Assembly (NCBI RefSeq): GCF_001194135.2
Contig: NC_068989.1
Span: forward strand, 35,180,659 to 35,218,479
Source: Octopus bimaculoides
Lineage: Eukaryota
Reading direction: 5' to 3'
Length of the DNA: 37,821 bases
Shown: positions 34,743 to 37,821 of the stretch, piece by piece
Layout: each line of letters begins with the position of its first letter
Numbering within the stretch: position 1 is the first letter of the stretch
Position numbers and translations under genes: made by a program
Notes under the pieces: generated by a model
Database searches by the model: none
Seen by the model: the letters and a program-made list of their open reading frames with translations, nothing else
Told to the model about the DNA's origin: nothing

Positions 34743-34758
34743 ATTTATTATTTTGTAG

Positions 34759-34897
34759 GTTTTGTTGCAAGAAGAAAACACTGGGATTACTTATGAATAT
34801 AACGTACCATTTGAGGCTAACAAGACCTCACATGATGTGACAAAATATTCATGGAAACATTCCAACTGGTCTGAATGTTCAAAGACATGTGGTAAAG
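34759..34897 (+). CDS. ADAMTS6: ADAMTS6-like window exon 15 (end of spacer, start of TSR2)
   Basis: tag|GTT...AAA G|gtaaat; VLLQEENTGITYEYNVPFEANKTSHDVTKYSWKHSNWSECSKTCGK(G). Confidence 0.95.
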
Positions 34898-36732
34898 GTA
34901 AATAACGATTTTTATTCCCTTCAAATTGACATTAGGCTTGGGGATTTTCTACTGGAAATGAAATGAAAGTTGTGATATTTATGCACCCGTTTCATATGAA
35001 TTAGAAATCAAAGTGAAACAGTTTGATATGAGAATGTAATAAGGTAAAACAGTCTTCAAAGTGTTGCTACAGCTGGCCACAGTAATATATCATCATCATC
35101 ATCATTTCAATGTCCACTTTCCAATGCCCATTTGGGTCAGATAAAATTTGTTGAGACAATTCTATAGTCAAATACCCTTCCAGGCACCAACTCTCACCTG
35201 CTACCAAGTAAGGTAATGTTTCCCCAAGACCATACAGGTTTCCATAGAAAATTGGACATGAATGACACTGCTTGCACGATGGGAATATATTTTATATATC
35301 TCAATAAGTATAATAAGTATAGCCTTATACTTATGAAAACAGCAGATGGAATGTTCACTGATATGTGTATTGCTCAGTTGAGCCAGAATTAAATGAATAT
35401 TGTCACACAAAGCAGCATTGAATAAAATATTAGTGGGACCTGTGGAAATTCCTTGGAATGAAAAAAATTAAATGGAGATATTAAGAAAGAAAGGATTATT
35501 TGCATTTTTATTGCATATAAATCACATTGTCGTCTGTGCAATAAATCATACAAAAATATACAATAACAATCTATACAATATTTAATGCACATTCATTAGT
35601 ATTTAATTCGATTGAAACTGCAAGATATTGATTATTATTGCATATTCCTTATTACACAATATTTTGTCATAATTACTTTACATTATATACAATTAATGTA
35701 CATAAAATTATAGATATACACAATGTTTTTTATTTACATGATTAGTTTCAATTCCATTGCAAATTTTAAAAGAATAGAATTCCCAGTTATTTTTTCAAGG
35801 TCATTTCACTTCCAGTCACAATAATATATTATACTAGTGGAATCCGTGAATATTTCACAGAATTAATGGTAAACTTATTGGGTCATTTCTGAAAACTTTA
35901 TCCAAAAACCTGAAAGCATAACCTGTGTTGTGTCTGTATCAAAAGATAGCCACTCATTTGTTAATCATTAAAAGGTGAAGGAAATTGAAATACAATGATT
36001 ACTTAATGCACTTTATATATATATACACTATATATACTTTATGCACAATTTTATAGACTTAATACACAGCACTCTCCCTCTTTCTCTCTCACTCTTTGCC
36101 TTTCCCTTCAACTATACAGACAGGCTAAGTAACAAGAAAAAAAAGCTTAGGTCAAAAAAAAAAAAATACACATTTCATTCACCAACAGCTCTTTCCCCCT
36201 TATCTCCATCTCTCTCTCCCCTCCCCTCCCACCTCTCTCCATCCCGATCCCACTATGTGTGCACATGTACACGTGTGTGCATATGCATGTGTGTGAAGAT
36301 TTCTTTTCAGCATATCTTCACATGACATCATTTAAGCAAAGTGGTGATGTCATGGTTATATAATTCCTGTGAACAACACTCTCTGATGCTCTGTGGTTTT
36401 AACTTTTGAAGACTTGTGGATTGGAAAACAGTTAAGGGTTTGTGACTGAAAAGGCATCTGTCCATAGGATAATGCCTCCATAAGTCTTCATTTGATTTAT
36501 GTCAGCATGAAAAAACAGGCATAAATATGATGAGGAGGACAATGATAATGCTGGTTGTAGTGGTGGTGCTGGTGATGGTGGTCAAGGTGATGATGGTGAT
36601 GATGGTGGGGATGATGGCAGTGGGGGTGATGCGCTGATGATGTTGGTAGTGATCGTAGTAATGAATGATGATGATGATAATGATGATATCCATAAATATA
36701 TATATATATATGCATACACATATTATTTTTAG

Positions 36733-36862
36733 GTCAGAGTGTTGCCACTCCTATGTGTCGGATGGAAGCAAATGGTATACCTGTGAATGAAGCATTGTGT
36801 TCTCCACAGCCAAAGCCTGGACAGCTAAACCAATGGTGTAACTTACAGCCATGCCCACCTCA
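36733..36862 (+). CDS. ADAMTS6: ADAMTS6-like window exon 16 (TSR2)
   Basis: tag|GT...CA|gtaagt; (G)QSVATPMCRMEANGIPVNEALCSPQPKPGQLNQWCNLQPCPP. Confidence 0.93.
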
Positions 36863-36999
36863 GTAAGTATTTTTTACTTCTTTCTCTATGTTTCCTTCTC
36901 CACTTCTTAACCATCATGATCATCATTATCAACATCATAGTCATTATCATAATAACTCCAACCATTATCTTTATTGCAGCAAGAATCACTTTTTTTTTT

Positions 37000-37305
37000 A
37001 AGACCTCAGCAGCATTTGAACTGAGTTCAAATATCACTGAAGTTGACTTTGTCTTTCAGAGTCTTTCAAGGTCAATAAAGTATGTATCAATTGAGCACTA
37101 GGATTGATGTAATTGATTAACTCCTTCCTCCAAAATTTCAGGCTTTGAGCCTAATGTAGAAAGGATTATTATTATTATTATCATTATTACTGTTATTAAG
37201 GTGGTGAACTGGCAGAATCATTAGCATACTGAACGAAATGCTTAGTGGTATTTCACCCATTGTTATGTTCTGAGTTCAAATTCTGTTGAGGTCAACTTTG
37301 CCTGA
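37000..37305 (+). mobile_element. Two SINE family E copies (37000-37180; truncated 37195-37305)
   Basis: ctgagttcaaat...gttgactttgtctttc...gtagaaaggattattatt; the second copy has the head ggtggtgaactggcagaatc. Confidence 0.75.
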
Positions 37306-37508
37306 AACAAGCTATGGTTCTATGATGCAAATTTCCTGTTTTAAAGTGATGTAAACTAAAAATTCCATCAAAATTTCATGCTAATTTATGTTCCAAATGC
37401 CAGCATAAAAATGACAGTTATTCTGATGAATTCTTCATTATTTTCAACATTATTCAAATAAGCAAGGGCAATATATTTAAGCAGAAATATGGTAACAAAA
37501 GGGTTATA
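37305..37508. mobile_element. MITE-like repeat, piggyBac-like right end
   Basis: Ends gtaacaaaagggtta; reverse-oriented homolog at ~31650-31740. Confidence 0.45.
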
Positions 37509-37821
37509 GAAAGGAAAAGTTGACTGTTATTTCTGATAGATCAAGTATCTATATAGAGCAGCATTACTCAACTGAAGTTCCCCAGAATCCTAGGGTTCCA
37601 TGAGAAAGAGTGAGAAAAGCTAATGCTAATTTCATGATCATAATATTAGTATACATGCACAACATATTGGTTATTGTAATATTGTAATATAGACATCATC
37701 CTATCTAACCTATTATGTTATCAAAAGAATATAACAACCATTGGGGATATATTTAGTGATGTCTGTAATTTATGGATACCCTATATATATATATATATAT
37801 ACATACATATATATATATATA

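Larger units (their letters stand above)
1597..36862 (+). other. ADAMTS6: ADAMTS6/10-like metalloprotease gene span (internal part; 16 exons in window, 5' and 3' exons outside)
   Basis: 16 exons splice GT-AG into 1865 nt with consistent phases and no stop. The peptide follows human ADAMTS6 as I recall it (VAKLY..., [55 protein letters not shown]). The 6-versus-10 orthology is unresolved. Confidence 0.93.

Noticed and set aside
1-37821. CRISPR array, rRNA, prokaryotic operon or viral genes
   Set aside because: None seen; the DNA is intron-exon eukaryotic sequence and its repeats are microsatellites or transposons.

Overview
AT-rich, microsatellite-dense animal genomic DNA with four N gaps (2641-3003, 5177-5186, 11311-11494, 21041-21055). 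The repeat families resemble those I recall from octopus, so a coleoid cephalopod is likely (inference). The only host gene is the internal part of a + strand ADAMTS6/10-like secreted metalloprotease. I hand-assembled 16 exons (1597-36862, 1865 nt); all have GT-AG boundaries, consistent phases and no stops. They run from the catalytic domain (HEMGHNFGMQHD, Met-turn) through the disintegrin-like, TSR1, Cys-rich and spacer domains into a further TSR; start and stop lie outside the window. The introns are mostly transposon debris: three mariner relics, an RTE LINE with an embedded PHD-like finger, several REL-endonuclease LINE 3' fragments (Dong/R4-like and HERO-like), and many tRNA-derived SINEs and MITEs. 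The most interesting signal is RNA structure. Four minimal type I hammerhead-ribozyme motifs from three unrelated sequence families are present. One pair forms the arms of a ~460-bp head-to-head inverted repeat around a tRNA-like Pol III promoter, which looks like a retrozyme or Penelope-dependent SINE. Most ORFs in the supplied track are microsatellite or repeat noise. Repeat boundaries are approximate and family names come from motif recognition, not database searches.
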